Below are positions 8,342-17,996 of a DNA stretch of 30,266 nt, one piece after another. The translations under genes were made by a program, and so were the position numbers. The notes beneath the pieces are model-generated. The model was not told the DNA's origin and did no database searches. It saw nothing but the letters and a program-made list of their open reading frames with translations. Position 1 is the first letter of the stretch, and each line of letters opens with the position of its first letter. The DNA is from an archaeon. GTDB taxonomy: Archaea > Iainarchaeota > Iainarchaeia > Iainarchaeales > Iainarchaeaceae. The DNA is taken from NCBI GenBank assembly GCA_038046625.1, contig JBBSVV010000050.1, positions 1 through 30,266 of the forward strand, written 5' to 3'.

Positions 8342-9109
8342 ATGCCAGAGGAAAAAATCACCATAAGAAACAACAGCGGCGAAAACCTAAAAGGGATTTT
8401 CCACAAATGCGGCACGGAAATGAAAATAGTGATTGTATGCCACGGCTTCACCTCGACAAAAGAGCACAAGCTCGTAAAGGGAATCTGCTCGGCGCTTGAA
8501 AAGAAAGGGACAAATTCCTTCAGGTTCGATTTTTCAGGCAAGGGAGAATCACAAGGCGAATTCGGAAAATCTACTTACACCAAGGAAGCAAAGGACCTCG
8601 AGGCGGTTCTCGATTATTTTGGGCACGTGGGGTTCGAAACACCCTGCGTCGCGGGGCACGGCATGGGCGGAGTGGTTGCGTTGATGCAGGCCGCAAACGA
8701 CAGGAGAATTGAATCAGCCATAGACATTGCGGGAATCACTTATCCCGAAAGGATAATCGAAAGGTTCGGAAAGGATTTGGTCGAGAAGTGCATGCGCGAA
8801 GGCGAAGCGGGATATATGAAGGGCGGGAAAAAATTTGTTCTCAAAAAAGAGTTCTTCGATGACGCGCTGAAAATGGATTTGTTCCACACAATAAAAAAAG
8901 TGAATGTGCCAGTGCTATTTGTTTATGGTGAAAAAGACGGGGAAGTTCCGCTCAGCCAGATGCAGAAGCTATTCGAAAAAGCGTACCAGCCGAAAGGCCT
9001 CAAGGTTTTCGATGACGCAAACCATTCATTCACAAAAAAAGAGCACCTCAAGGAAGCAAGCGAACTCTGCGCAACATGGGCAGCAAGACAGGCAATGGCA
9101 AAGCAATAA
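8342..9109 (+). CDS. Alpha/beta hydrolase fold protein (nucleophile elbow reads GHGMGG)
   Basis: CHGF, RFDFSGKGES, GHGMGG, VYGEKDGEV and ANHSF motifs. Confidence 0.88.
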   Translation: MPEEKITIRNNSGENLKGIFHKCGTEMKIVIVCHGFTSTKEHKLVKGICSALEKKGTNSFRFDFSGKGESQGEFGKSTYTKEAKDLEAVLDYFGHVGFETPCVAGHGMGGVVALMQAANDRRIESAIDIAGITYPERIIERFGKDLVEKCMREGEAGYMKGGKKFVLKKEFFDDALKMDLFHTIKKVNVPVLFVYGEKDGEVPLSQMQKLFEKAYQPKGLKVFDDANHSFTKKEHLKEASELCATWAARQAMAKQ

Positions 9110-9118
9110 TGGTTTTTT

Positions 9119-10363
9119 ATGACAGGGATAAAACATTACAGCACCGCATCAAAAGGAATAGGCGGCGACATCAAGAAAAGGATAGCCGATTTCATTGTGC
9201 GCGAAATAACCTTCGAGGGAAAAACGCTTGAGACAAAGGCGTTCGGCGAATGGCCTGAAAAACGCAACCAGGAACTAATTGTGCCGCAGAACAACGGCGA
9301 AGAATACCTGCACGTTGAAATGGAAAAATTCAACCTCGACACAAATGATGCATTGAGGAGGGTTGCGAGGCATTTGCATTGTTCGCCGAAAAGGCTCGGG
9401 TACGCGGGAATGAAGGACAAGCGCGCAATAACCGTGCAATTGATTTCAATCTGGAAACCGGAAGCGAAAGCACTAGAAGCGTTCAACCAGCGCTATGTCT
9501 CCCTTACAAACGCGCACTGGAGCAACGAAAGGATGGAAATAGGCAAACTAAAGGGCAACGATTTCGAAATCACCATAAGGAACATTTCAATGGAGAAAAA
9601 GGAACTCGGAAAAAATGCGGAAAAATTCTTTGCGGAAGCGGAAAAAAACGGAATCGCGAATTATTTCGGGGAACAAAGGTTCGGAGGAGCGCGCGAAATA
9701 ACGCACAAGGTCGGAAAAAAATTCATTGACGGGAAATTCGAGGAAGCAATAATGCTCTACCTTACCTCGCCGAGCACAGAAGAAGAGGAAATTGCAATTG
9801 CGAGGAAAAACCTTTTGGAAACGCGGGATTTTGCAAGGGCAACAAAAGAATTTCCGGCAAAATTCAGGTTCGAGCGCGCAATCCTGCACCACCTCTGCAA
9901 ATACCCTAAAGATTTTGTCGGCGCGTTCCAGAAATTGCCGAGGCACTTGACTTACCTTTTCACGCACGCGTACCAGAGCTACCTTTTCAACCAGATAATA
10001 AACAGGCGGATGGAAACAGGATTGGGCCTGCAGCCTGTCGAAGGCGACACTGTCGAGGATGGAATAGCCATGGCTCCTCTTATGGGGTTTGACACGGAGT
10101 TTGCAAAAGGAAAGCCCGGGGAAATAGAAAAACGGGTTATGGAGGAAGAGGGCGTAAAGCTGGAGGATTTCAGGGTCAAGAGTTTCATGGAGCTCAGTTG
10201 CTCGGGCGCGCGAAAAAAAATACTTGTGAAGCCATTGAACCCGAGAATAATATTGGTCTCGGAAGATGAGCTGAATGAGGGCAAATTAAAGCTAAAAACA
10301 GGGTTTTCGCTGGAAAAGGGCAACTATGCAACCACTGTTCTCAGGGAATTAATGAAAAGCTGA
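9119..10363 (+). CDS. truD: tRNA pseudouridine(13) synthase TruD
   Basis: DFIVRE, GYAGMKDKRAITVQ, GNDFEITIR, NYFGEQRFG, HAYQSYLFN and KGNYATTVLRE motifs. Confidence 0.96.
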   Translation: MTGIKHYSTASKGIGGDIKKRIADFIVREITFEGKTLETKAFGEWPEKRNQELIVPQNNGEEYLHVEMEKFNLDTNDALRRVARHLHCSPKRLGYAGMKDKRAITVQLISIWKPEAKALEAFNQRYVSLTNAHWSNERMEIGKLKGNDFEITIRNISMEKKELGKNAEKFFAEAEKNGIANYFGEQRFGGAREITHKVGKKFIDGKFEEAIMLYLTSPSTEEEEIAIARKNLLETRDFARATKEFPAKFRFERAILHHLCKYPKDFVGAFQKLPRHLTYLFTHAYQSYLFNQIINRRMETGLGLQPVEGDTVEDGIAMAPLMGFDTEFAKGKPGEIEKRVMEEEGVKLEDFRVKSFMELSCSGARKKILVKPLNPRIILVSEDELNEGKLKLKTGFSLEKGNYATTVLRELMKS

Positions 10364-10364
10364 A

Positions 10365-11591
10365 GTGAAAACAATGCGTGACTTTGCCGAAAAAGCATGG
10401 AAAGCGGCGCGCGAATACAAGTGGTTCATTGTTTTTTTCTGCATTTTTCTGGCAATCCAATTGTGGCAGGCTTCCTTTCTCGAGTGGGACAGGATAACAT
10501 ATCTTTTCCAGGGAAAGTGGTTCTGCGGCGAACAAATTTACTTTGAGTGGCTCAGGCCGCCGATGCCGGGAATAATGAATTGCCTTTTCGGTGCGGGTGA
10601 AATTTCCACAATCGTTTCGGCACTCATGGCAAGCACGCTTTATTTCTCCGCAATCCTGCTGATTTACAAAAATGAAAAAGGCAAAATAAATCAGCTGTTA
10701 TTCCCCGCACTCGCGTTCCTTTTTCCCACAATTTTGTTTGCATCAAACTTCGGGAGCGACCTCCTCGCGCTTTCATTCCTTCTGCTCGCGCTCTCAATCA
10801 ATGGGCCAACAAAAAAAGGGCTCTTCTTTGCGCTCGCAACCCTTTCGAGGTACAATTTTTTCCTTTACGTTTTTGTCCTGCTCCTTGAAATGGAAAAAAA
10901 GCATTGGCCGAAGTTTCTGCTCGTGGTTGCCGCGATATGGCTTCCATGGCTGGCATTCAATTATGCGTACACGGGCAACGCATTCTTCAGTTTGCAGGAA
11001 ACCGTTGCACTGAACATTCAGCAGAAGGGGCTATTCAAGGAATTTGATTTGGGGATGCTCGCAACCATAGGTTTTTTCCTCGCCACCCTCGCGCTCGGCA
11101 AAGCAAAGGCGTTCGGAAAATACAATCTCTCGGCAATTGCCGCAGCCCTGCAGGTGCTTGTTTCAGGCATCAAGGAATACAGGTTCCTGAATGTGCTCGT
11201 GCCGGTGCAGGCACTGAACATTTCCGCGCAAAAAATCAGCGGGAAGCTCACAATTGCAGTAATACTTCTCCTGATTGCAGGAGCCGTGTACGGGTTCGTA
11301 GCCATGCAGCCCGCGGAAAAAACCCTGCCAAAAGAAGGTTTCCTGAAGGAGTGCAGGGTTATGAGCAACGAGTGGGTTTACCTTTATAGAGCCGGAATTG
11401 TTGCGGAGCCGCTCCCTGATAATGCGGACCTGAATGCGCTTTCTGAAAGCGGCGTGGCAATAGTTTTGATGGATGAAAAAAATGCCCCGAACAAAGGAGA
11501 CTTCGACATAATCAATGGGGGTTCTTACATCATCCTAAAACCCAAAAATTGCGCCTCGCAACCCAAAAAATATGAACTCAGGGTCAGTTGA
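10365..11591 (+). CDS. Polytopic membrane protein, probably a GT-C-fold glycosyltransferase
   Basis: Many TM stretches, an N-terminal WD..Y / RPP loop, and ALATLSRY and KEYRF motifs typical of PMT-like proteins. Confidence 0.6.
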   Translation: MKTMRDFAEKAWKAAREYKWFIVFFCIFLAIQLWQASFLEWDRITYLFQGKWFCGEQIYFEWLRPPMPGIMNCLFGAGEISTIVSALMASTLYFSAILLIYKNEKGKINQLLFPALAFLFPTILFASNFGSDLLALSFLLLALSINGPTKKGLFFALATLSRYNFFLYVFVLLLEMEKKHWPKFLLVVAAIWLPWLAFNYAYTGNAFFSLQETVALNIQQKGLFKEFDLGMLATIGFFLATLALGKAKAFGKYNLSAIAAALQVLVSGIKEYRFLNVLVPVQALNISAQKISGKLTIAVILLLIAGAVYGFVAMQPAEKTLPKEGFLKECRVMSNEWVYLYRAGIVAEPLPDNADLNALSESGVAIVLMDEKNAPNKGDFDIINGGSYIILKPKNCASQPKKYELRVS

Positions 11592-11676
11592 ACAATGAAA
11601 AAAAACTATGAGAATAACGGGTAAAACGCCCCCTAAAAACCCCTAAAACACATAAAAACAGGCTCAATAGCCCTAA

Positions 11677-12339
11677 TTATTGCTGGCACTGTATTTTCTG
11701 CATGATATCTGTATGAGGTATCAGCACCGAACCGTTCGAAACAGCCACTGGTTCATAACCCCCTATTACGACTGCAGGAAAATTCGTGATTCCGTGCTTT
11801 TCGAGCAGCAAATCAACCAATGGGAGGCCATAATCATATGGCAGGGCGAACACCCTCAGGTTCCGGCATTTCACAACCACCGAATCCAGCACGGCCGCCT
11901 GGGCGGCGCACTCGGCACAATAATACTTTTCAGGGTAAAAGTAAAGCACCGGAACAATCCCTTTGTTGCCGCAGTCCTTCCGTGATTTTTCCACAAGGAG
12001 ATAGAGCAGGCCGTTCTGGACAAGGTACTTCCTTTTCGCCAGATCAATGTCCGCAAAAAAACCCTGGGATTTTGCCTGCTCAAGTTGCGAGAGAAGGCCC
12101 CCGAGCTTTTCGGCCTGCGAATCAATGTTCTTTGAAAGCACGGGGCAAATCGCAGGATCATCGCCGAAAATCTGGGTGTAAAGCAGCAATTGGTAAGTGG
12201 ATTCCGTGTTGAGGGAAGCCACTTCGATTGAATTGGAAATTCCGCTTACCCTCGCGTTGTCAAAATAGCTCATAATGCCGAGCCCGAGCACGAACAAAAC
12301 AAGCGTAAGCAAAAGCGCCTTGGCGTACTTGTTCACCAT
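11677..12339 (-). CDS. Membrane-anchored protein with C-terminal thioredoxin-like CxxC domain
   Basis: N-terminal TM helix, LYFY...CAEC, and GITNFPAVVI (cis-Pro-like) motifs. Confidence 0.7.
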   Translation of the reverse strand: MVNKYAKALLLTLVLFVLGLGIMSYFDNARVSGISNSIEVASLNTESTYQLLLYTQIFGDDPAICPVLSKNIDSQAEKLGGLLSQLEQAKSQGFFADIDLAKRKYLVQNGLLYLLVEKSRKDCGNKGIVPVLYFYPEKYYCAECAAQAAVLDSVVVKCRNLRVFALPYDYGLPLVDLLLEKHGITNFPAVVIGGYEPVAVSNGSVLIPHTDIMQKIQCQQ

Positions 12340-13616
12340 GAATAATCACTCCGGTTTATCTCCTTGAAAAAGCCGAAGAAAAATACCGCTGAAATGAATA
12401 TGCTGTAAACAATTATAAATAAAGTCATTTCAGGAAGGCGCGCCAACCCGAGTTTCACGCCCGCCAATTCATGGCTGTAGTAAATGAAAACCGAATAAAA
12501 CGCGGCGCCTATGAGGTAAAAAAAGAAACTCGAATTGAGGCCGAAAAAAGCCGGAATAAAATACTCCGGGCTTACTCCGGCGGACAAAACAAGTGAAAGG
12601 GCGCCGAAGTAATTCAGCACGGCCTCGATGTTCGCGGCAACCATGACAAAAACGAACATGACCACGCACCACTCGACAATCACTGAAAACGGGAAAGTGA
12701 ACAAACCGAACTCCCCGAACTTCGGGTTGAAAAGCATCCCGCCGTACTTCACGGTATTCACGAATTTTCCCCTGTACCAGCGTGTGCGCTGCCTGAAAAG
12801 GCTTCTCAGGTTATCCGGAACAACGGTATACATGTGCGCATCTATGCAAGCCGCAATGCGCCACCCGTTCTGCCTGAGCCTGAAAGCAATCTCCATGTCC
12901 TCGGTAATGTTCTTCTCATCAAAGCCGCCAATGTCACGCAGCACACTTGCTTTGTAAGCGCTCATGGGGCCGGGCGTCACAAGAATAGCATTGATGTCGG
13001 AAAGAACCTTCTGGAAAAACCCGAAAGCAACCAGATACTCTATCTCCTGCAGCTTCTCCACAAAGCCTTTTGTGTTGAATGCCCTCACAAAACCCGTTAC
13101 CGCTGCAACACCCCCATTCAGGCAGGGAATCATTTTGACAAGGCAATCCTTTTCAGGAAAAGTGTCGGAATCAATCGTAACAATTACTTCGCCCCTGGCG
13201 AGCCTTATGCCGTCATTAAGGGCCGCCGCCTTGCCCATGTTTTTCTTTTTCAGGATGTGCTTTATTCCGGAAAATTTTTTCAGGATTGCCAGCGAACCGT
13301 CCCTTGAACCGTCATCAACCACAATTATTTCCTTTCCGGAAGGGTACTCAAGCGCCTTTACCGACTCAATGCATTTCGCGAGCGTGCTTTCCCCATTGTA
13401 GTTCGGAATTATTATTGAAACCGACGGCCACTTCTTCATGGTTGTTTGCTTTTCGCCCTTGAGGTCGAGATAGGCGAACAGGAAAACCGAATTAATGTAA
13501 AGCAGCACAATGTTGAAGAAAATAATCAGGATGTAAATGGAAACTATCTTCACCAGAAAATAGACCAATGCAAGCAGGAGCGCGAAAACAATTGCCGTGC
13601 GAAGCCTCAGGTTCAT
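12333..13616 (-). CDS. Processive family 2 glycosyltransferase (cellulose synthase/PgaC-like)
   Basis: IIIPNYN, VVDDGSRD, GKAAALN, IDSD, TED and QRTRW motifs, with flanking TM helices. Confidence 0.92.
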   Translation of the reverse strand: MNLRLRTAIVFALLLALVYFLVKIVSIYILIIFFNIVLLYINSVFLFAYLDLKGEKQTTMKKWPSVSIIIPNYNGESTLAKCIESVKALEYPSGKEIIVVDDGSRDGSLAILKKFSGIKHILKKKNMGKAAALNDGIRLARGEVIVTIDSDTFPEKDCLVKMIPCLNGGVAAVTGFVRAFNTKGFVEKLQEIEYLVAFGFFQKVLSDINAILVTPGPMSAYKASVLRDIGGFDEKNITEDMEIAFRLRQNGWRIAACIDAHMYTVVPDNLRSLFRQRTRWYRGKFVNTVKYGGMLFNPKFGEFGLFTFPFSVIVEWCVVMFVFVMVAANIEAVLNYFGALSLVLSAGVSPEYFIPAFFGLNSSFFFYLIGAAFYSVFIYYSHELAGVKLGLARLPEMTLFIIVYSIFISAVFFFGFFKEINRSDYSW

Positions 13617-13661
13617 GGTAATAGTTTTGTTGGAAGAAAGTTAAAAACCCGTGCGCAGACC

Positions 13662-14279
13662 TTATTTCAGCTTGCTCACAACGAGATTCACGCGCTCGAT
13701 TATCTGCGGGGTGTCCTCGTAAAGGCTCTCCATGAAAACATATGAGGCGCCGGAAACGCCCTCAAAGGAATTCGGAACAATGGTTGCCTTGCCGTCCTCA
13801 AGAAGAACGCGCGGCGAGGAAATTCCTTTCGGGGGAAAAGAAATGAAAACCCTGGCATTTGCCGAATCGTTTATTATGTTCCCGCACTCTTCCGGGGAAA
13901 GCTCCTTGTTGGTTTTTACATCGCCCAGATTCGACTGGCATTTCACGAGATTGCCCTTGCCATCAAGGACGCGCGCCACAATAATGACATCCTTTGCCTT
14001 GTCAATCAGGACAGCCGACATGATGGTTATGGATGAAGTCATGTAACTGTTTTCCGGGCCGCTTGCCACGAACTGCGGCGAAATAATGAATGTTTCGTGC
14101 TGCTTCAGCGCATCCAGAATATCCGGGGGCTGGCCCGAATTCGAAACAAACTCAAGGCCGTTCCTCGAAACAGAATATTTGTAAGGCGAAAAATCCGTGT
14201 TGAAGGCTATGAAGGCCAGCACGAGCAGTATCAGGACCGCGACCAGCGCCGTAACGTAAAAATAAATGTTCTTTCCCAT
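13662..14279 (-). CDS. Hypothetical membrane-anchored protein
   Basis: 205-aa ORF with an N-terminal TM helix, co-oriented with its neighbours. Confidence 0.75.
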   Translation of the reverse strand: MGKNIYFYVTALVAVLILLVLAFIAFNTDFSPYKYSVSRNGLEFVSNSGQPPDILDALKQHETFIISPQFVASGPENSYMTSSITIMSAVLIDKAKDVIIVARVLDGKGNLVKCQSNLGDVKTNKELSPEECGNIINDSANARVFISFPPKGISSPRVLLEDGKATIVPNSFEGVSGASYVFMESLYEDTPQIIERVNLVVSKLK

Positions 14280-14402
14280 GGAAAGATTTGGCTGAAAAAA
14301 GCTTTAAAAAGCGAAGCATTAAGTGAGGAAAAAAACTTTTTGCGGCAAAACATGAATAGCGGTTACTGGGAAAAAAATCCGTGGCTTACGCAGGGGGGAT
14401 TT

Positions 14403-14430
14403 TAAAAAAAAGAAAAAAAGAAGAAAAACA
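14403..14430 (-). terminator. T-rich archaeal terminator after the S-layer gene
   Basis: The minus strand reads TGTTTTTCTTCTTTTTTTCTTTTTTTTA just after the stop codon. Confidence 0.6.
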
Positions 14431-14436
14431 GTTGGC

Positions 14437-17400
14437 TTATGCCAACTGCATTCTGTCAATGTCGTTAATGAGTTCCTGTACCGCTGATCCGGTGTCCTGT
14501 GCCGTATATCCAGCTACGAAGATGTCTCCGCTTGCCGCGTCAACTTCCGCAACTTTCTGGCCCGGGGCAGTTAGCCTGTCAGCGAGGCTTGATGCAAGCC
14601 TGTTGACTATGTGGCCTCCAACAATTATGTTGGTTCCTGCCGGTGCGTCGGTATCCATGTACACTATAGGATTCTTGACCGCTGCCGGGCTTGTATAGCT
14701 TGTCGGGTTAGCCGTACAAACTATGCTGCCTGAGCCGTCTCCTATTGTGCATGAGCCGCCGTTGACCGCCGTAACGGTGACTTTCGTTCCGGAGTCTGTG
14801 GTTCCTTCGTCGCCGATACCCAGGGAGATTGTTTCTCCGCCTGAGACTTCTCTTGTAACCTCGGTTCCGTAGACGGTGATGTCTATCTTCTCAGCCGTCT
14901 GTGGGGCACTTATTTTCACGCCTGCATCGTTGTCGAGCAACCAAGCTTTTGTCGATGCATCCGTATAACCGGAGTGCAGGAAAGTGCTTGTTGTCCCTGA
15001 CTTTAGATTCCAGGCCGGTGTTCCCCTATACCTGAGGTCTCCGTTGGTGTACTGCGTCAGGTTGGTTGTGCTGTCGAATGGGCCTATGTTTCCACCTGTC
15101 TCAGTGTCCACGTACACGTTGAAGTCGCCGTTGCTTACCGCATCGTTCACAAGGAACTCTGCAACAAAGTAGGCACTTGCCGCCGTGTAAAGGCCGCTGT
15201 TCTGGCCACTCGTGTTGAAGTCCGAATCCTTAGGCACGTAATGCGCGTACTGCCAAGTCGTAGTCGTCCCGTCATTCAGGATGGCTATTTCCTTGCCCGG
15301 ACTTGATCCAGGCGAGCTCGTACCGTCCGCATAAAGCGTGTTCAGGTCGCTTGCTTCGGTATAGGTTCCGTTGTCCGAAGGAACGTTTGTTCCCAGGAAG
15401 GATATCTTGTGGTTGTTCTGGATGTTGTCACTCTGGCCCGAACCCATCTTGTCCGCATCCAGCATCAAGAACAGCTTACCGCTGATCGTGTTGTACTTGG
15501 CAGCGTAGTAAACCCTTCTATCCTTACTTGTCGTGTAGAGTCCTACTGTGACCGGTTTTCCTCCGCTTCCCGCGGTAATGGCGTTTCCATCGAATGGAGA
15601 GTCGTTACTCAGGAACAACAGTCCTTCCGAGGCATCTGCAACTGCGATGCCGGTGGTCTCGTCGTTCGAGTTGTAGATTTTTGTTCCACTCTCGGTCGAG
15701 AGCCTGAGTTCAACTGCGAGGTCGACAACTACACCCATCCTATTCAGGCCTGCGCCCATGTTTGCGTCGGTGACCTTGTAGTTTACACCATCGATAATGA
15801 AGCTGTTGTTATCCCAAACTGCTCTTCCACCCGCAAGATTGTCTGCGTTGGAATCCTTATCGATTAGTCCAACTCCTTGGACACTCAAACTAGCGTTCTG
15901 GTCTCCTCCGCCCGAAATGGTCCAGATCCTGCCGTTGATATAATCGCCGGTATTCACGGTTACGTTATAGTCGTTTGCGGTTGTTTTTCCGCCCGTGCCT
16001 GTCGCGAATCTCATGCTGTACCAGACGTCCTTTCCCTCAAACTCGAAAGTGCTTCCCGAGTTTGTGTCTGACCTTTTGAGGTAGAAAGGCACTTGCCTTA
16101 GGTCGTCGTTGTCAGCCCTGAATGAGAGACCGCCTTTGGTTCCGGAGGCCAAGCCAGTGACATCCTTTCCGATTTCAATGACTGTTTTCTCCTCGCCGCC
16201 CCTGAAACCAAGGAACTCTACTTTTGCGTAGCCTTTTCCCTGTGTTCCGTCAGGCAAACCCTGGAGGAATACTGCTTGCGCACCAGTTTTACCGGTGAGT
16301 GACTGCCCTGACTTTATCGGGTACAGTGGGCCGAAGTCGTAGTCATCCCCTGATGGGTCTGTCCACTTCTCAGCGCTGTTCCTGACTTCTATTGAGTACA
16401 GGGAGTTTGCGTCTGATGTCCCTACGGTAAGGATTGCCTTGTATGGCTTTGTCCCGCTTGTATTGGTAGAGTCGTATGGATACCTGCCGTTATTGAACAG
16501 CTCAACAGTATCCGTTCCTTTCGTTACTTCCACATAGCCGACTCCTGTGGTTGCACCGACAGCAATCGTGTCAACAAAGAGATTGCTTGCAAGTGCCGCA
16601 TCCTGGCCCGAGTCCTTGAAGCTATCCCTCAGGTTCTCGGCAGTGCTCACAGTTCTCGTGTCTATGAGATTGCCTGTAGAGTCGTACAATTCAAAGGTTG
16701 CCTGGTAGGCTGCTACCGCAGCACCGGTCTGGATTATTTGCACGACCTTGATGCTGACTTCCTCGTCGGCATACTCGTTGTCGCCTAGGAGACCTTCGAT
16801 TGCCTCCCCTTCGTTGTATGATTCCCTGGCCGAGCTTTTAACAAGCTTTATGTTCTTTGTGCCCGTAGTGGACAGGCTTGCGGTGTTCAGCTCATACTCC
16901 TCACCGAAGAAGATTATTTTGACATTGTCATCACTACCGTCAGTAAATGAGGTCGAACCCAGGTCAACACCTGAAGTTGCGGAACCTATTGTGACTTTGT
17001 AGCTGAATGCTTCCGAATCAATCGTGGTGACAAGATCCTTGACGTCAGTTGTCGTGTCGAACTTCGCGTCCGCATCAATCTGAATCAGTTCTTTGACTGT
17101 CAAAGAGGTTGTCTGATTTGACTGGTCACCATTGTTCACTTTCTGGTTTATTGTAGCGTTGTACAAGTGCGGCAACTGGGCATCGGTCAAAGCATTGTTG
17201 TCGCCCTGAACCTGTCCTGTCAGCACTTCATACTCTGCCTGGGTAGAACCGGAGCTAAGGAGCACATTGTAGTTCTTTGAACCGGCTCCGAAACTGATTG
17301 TCCCTCCGACAGTAATGTCGACCGTAAGGTCGCTTAAGTCAACATCTGCGCCTGCTCCGCCCTCGCCGGTAGCTGAAACGCTAACCTGCTTGGTTGTAGC

Positions 17401-17619
17401 GGCTTTCTCCGCTATCTTTGCCGCAAGGTTTCCTGCCCAGACAGCGTCTGAGAGTTGAGCCTGTGAACCTATTACAATGTTCACGTTCGGCGAACCTGTG
17501 CTATCAAAGATATCGTTCTTTGTGACGTTAGTTGCCGTCACTATAGGTGCGATTGCTGTTCCCAGCAAGGCCGCTCCTGTAGCTATTGCAGCCAACTTCT
17601 TTACGTTGAGTCCTTTCAT
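14437..17619 (-). CDS. S-layer protein (Methanococcales/Thermococcales-type N/C domains), 1060 aa
   Basis: Signal peptide MKGLNVKKLAAIATGAALLG, NIVIGSQA..SDAVWAGNLA, and C-terminal IIVGGHIVN and IFVAGYTAQDT. Thr/Gly/Ser/Asp-rich. SD GAGGTGA at 17628-17634 supports ATG 17619. Confidence 0.9.
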   Translation of the reverse strand: MKGLNVKKLAAIATGAALLGTAIAPIVTATNVTKNDIFDSTGSPNVNIVIGSQAQLSDAVWAGNLAAKIAEKAATTKQVSVSATGEGGAGADVDLSDLTVDITVGGTISFGAGSKNYNVLLSSGSTQAEYEVLTGQVQGDNNALTDAQLPHLYNATINQKVNNGDQSNQTTSLTVKELIQIDADAKFDTTTDVKDLVTTIDSEAFSYKVTIGSATSGVDLGSTSFTDGSDDNVKIIFFGEEYELNTASLSTTGTKNIKLVKSSARESYNEGEAIEGLLGDNEYADEEVSIKVVQIIQTGAAVAAYQATFELYDSTGNLIDTRTVSTAENLRDSFKDSGQDAALASNLFVDTIAVGATTGVGYVEVTKGTDTVELFNNGRYPYDSTNTSGTKPYKAILTVGTSDANSLYSIEVRNSAEKWTDPSGDDYDFGPLYPIKSGQSLTGKTGAQAVFLQGLPDGTQGKGYAKVEFLGFRGGEEKTVIEIGKDVTGLASGTKGGLSFRADNDDLRQVPFYLKRSDTNSGSTFEFEGKDVWYSMRFATGTGGKTTANDYNVTVNTGDYINGRIWTISGGGDQNASLSVQGVGLIDKDSNADNLAGGRAVWDNNSFIIDGVNYKVTDANMGAGLNRMGVVVDLAVELRLSTESGTKIYNSNDETTGIAVADASEGLLFLSNDSPFDGNAITAGSGGKPVTVGLYTTSKDRRVYYAAKYNTISGKLFLMLDADKMGSGQSDNIQNNHKISFLGTNVPSDNGTYTEASDLNTLYADGTSSPGSSPGKEIAILNDGTTTTWQYAHYVPKDSDFNTSGQNSGLYTAASAYFVAEFLVNDAVSNGDFNVYVDTETGGNIGPFDSTTNLTQYTNGDLRYRGTPAWNLKSGTTSTFLHSGYTDASTKAWLLDNDAGVKISAPQTAEKIDITVYGTEVTREVSGGETISLGIGDEGTTDSGTKVTVTAVNGGSCTIGDGSGSIVCTANPTSYTSPAAVKNPIVYMDTDAPAGTNIIVGGHIVNRLASSLADRLTAPGQKVAEVDAASGDIFVAGYTAQDTGSAVQELINDIDRMQLA

Positions 17620-17627
17620 GTTTTGTT

Positions 17628-17720
17628 TCACCTCACAAATCCTATGAAAAGTTACATCGGCATGCTTATGGCAAAGCCGATTGTAGGCTCTTATACTTGT
17701 TCGCTCACTTTCTTTAAAAA
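17628..17720 (-). promoter_or_regulatory. S-layer promoter and structured 5' UTR
   Basis: TATA-like TTTTTAAA at 17713-17720, hairpin ATCGGC/GCCGAT at 17656-17681 and SD at 17628-17634. Confidence 0.65.
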
Positions 17721-17996
17721 CGTTTCGGTTTTGTACCAAACCCGTAAACGCCTTTAAATAGGGAATAAGGCAAAATTTAAGGCTTTTGAGGAAGGGTTGT
17801 CAGTCAATAAACGAACCGTTCCAAATCGCCTTAACGAGCCCGAGAACAAGAAGCATTAGGCAGGGAAGAAATTAAAAGGAAATCGCTTTTTTCGGCAAAC
17901 AGCGAAATTCGGGTTTTTGGGGTGCTTTGGAGGGCATTAACAGAAAAACAGAAAATCAGGAATAAGTCGCCTGCAAACCCAAGCTTTTTCCGGCTT

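Noticed and set aside
11630..11660. Short ccctaaaa tandem repeat between convergent genes
   Set aside because: Two short copies in an A-rich terminator region, consistent with chance or slippage.
17620..17739. N-terminal 40-aa extension of the S-layer ORF in the track
   Set aside because: The SD, signal peptide and promoter position all support ATG 17619. Track starts for rpiB, the wHTH gene, pyrH, rpoL and the signal peptidase were trimmed for similar reasons.
17798..17860. Plus-strand 20-aa TTG-start ORF after GAGGAAGG
   Set aside because: Weak start, poor SD spacing and no recognisable features.
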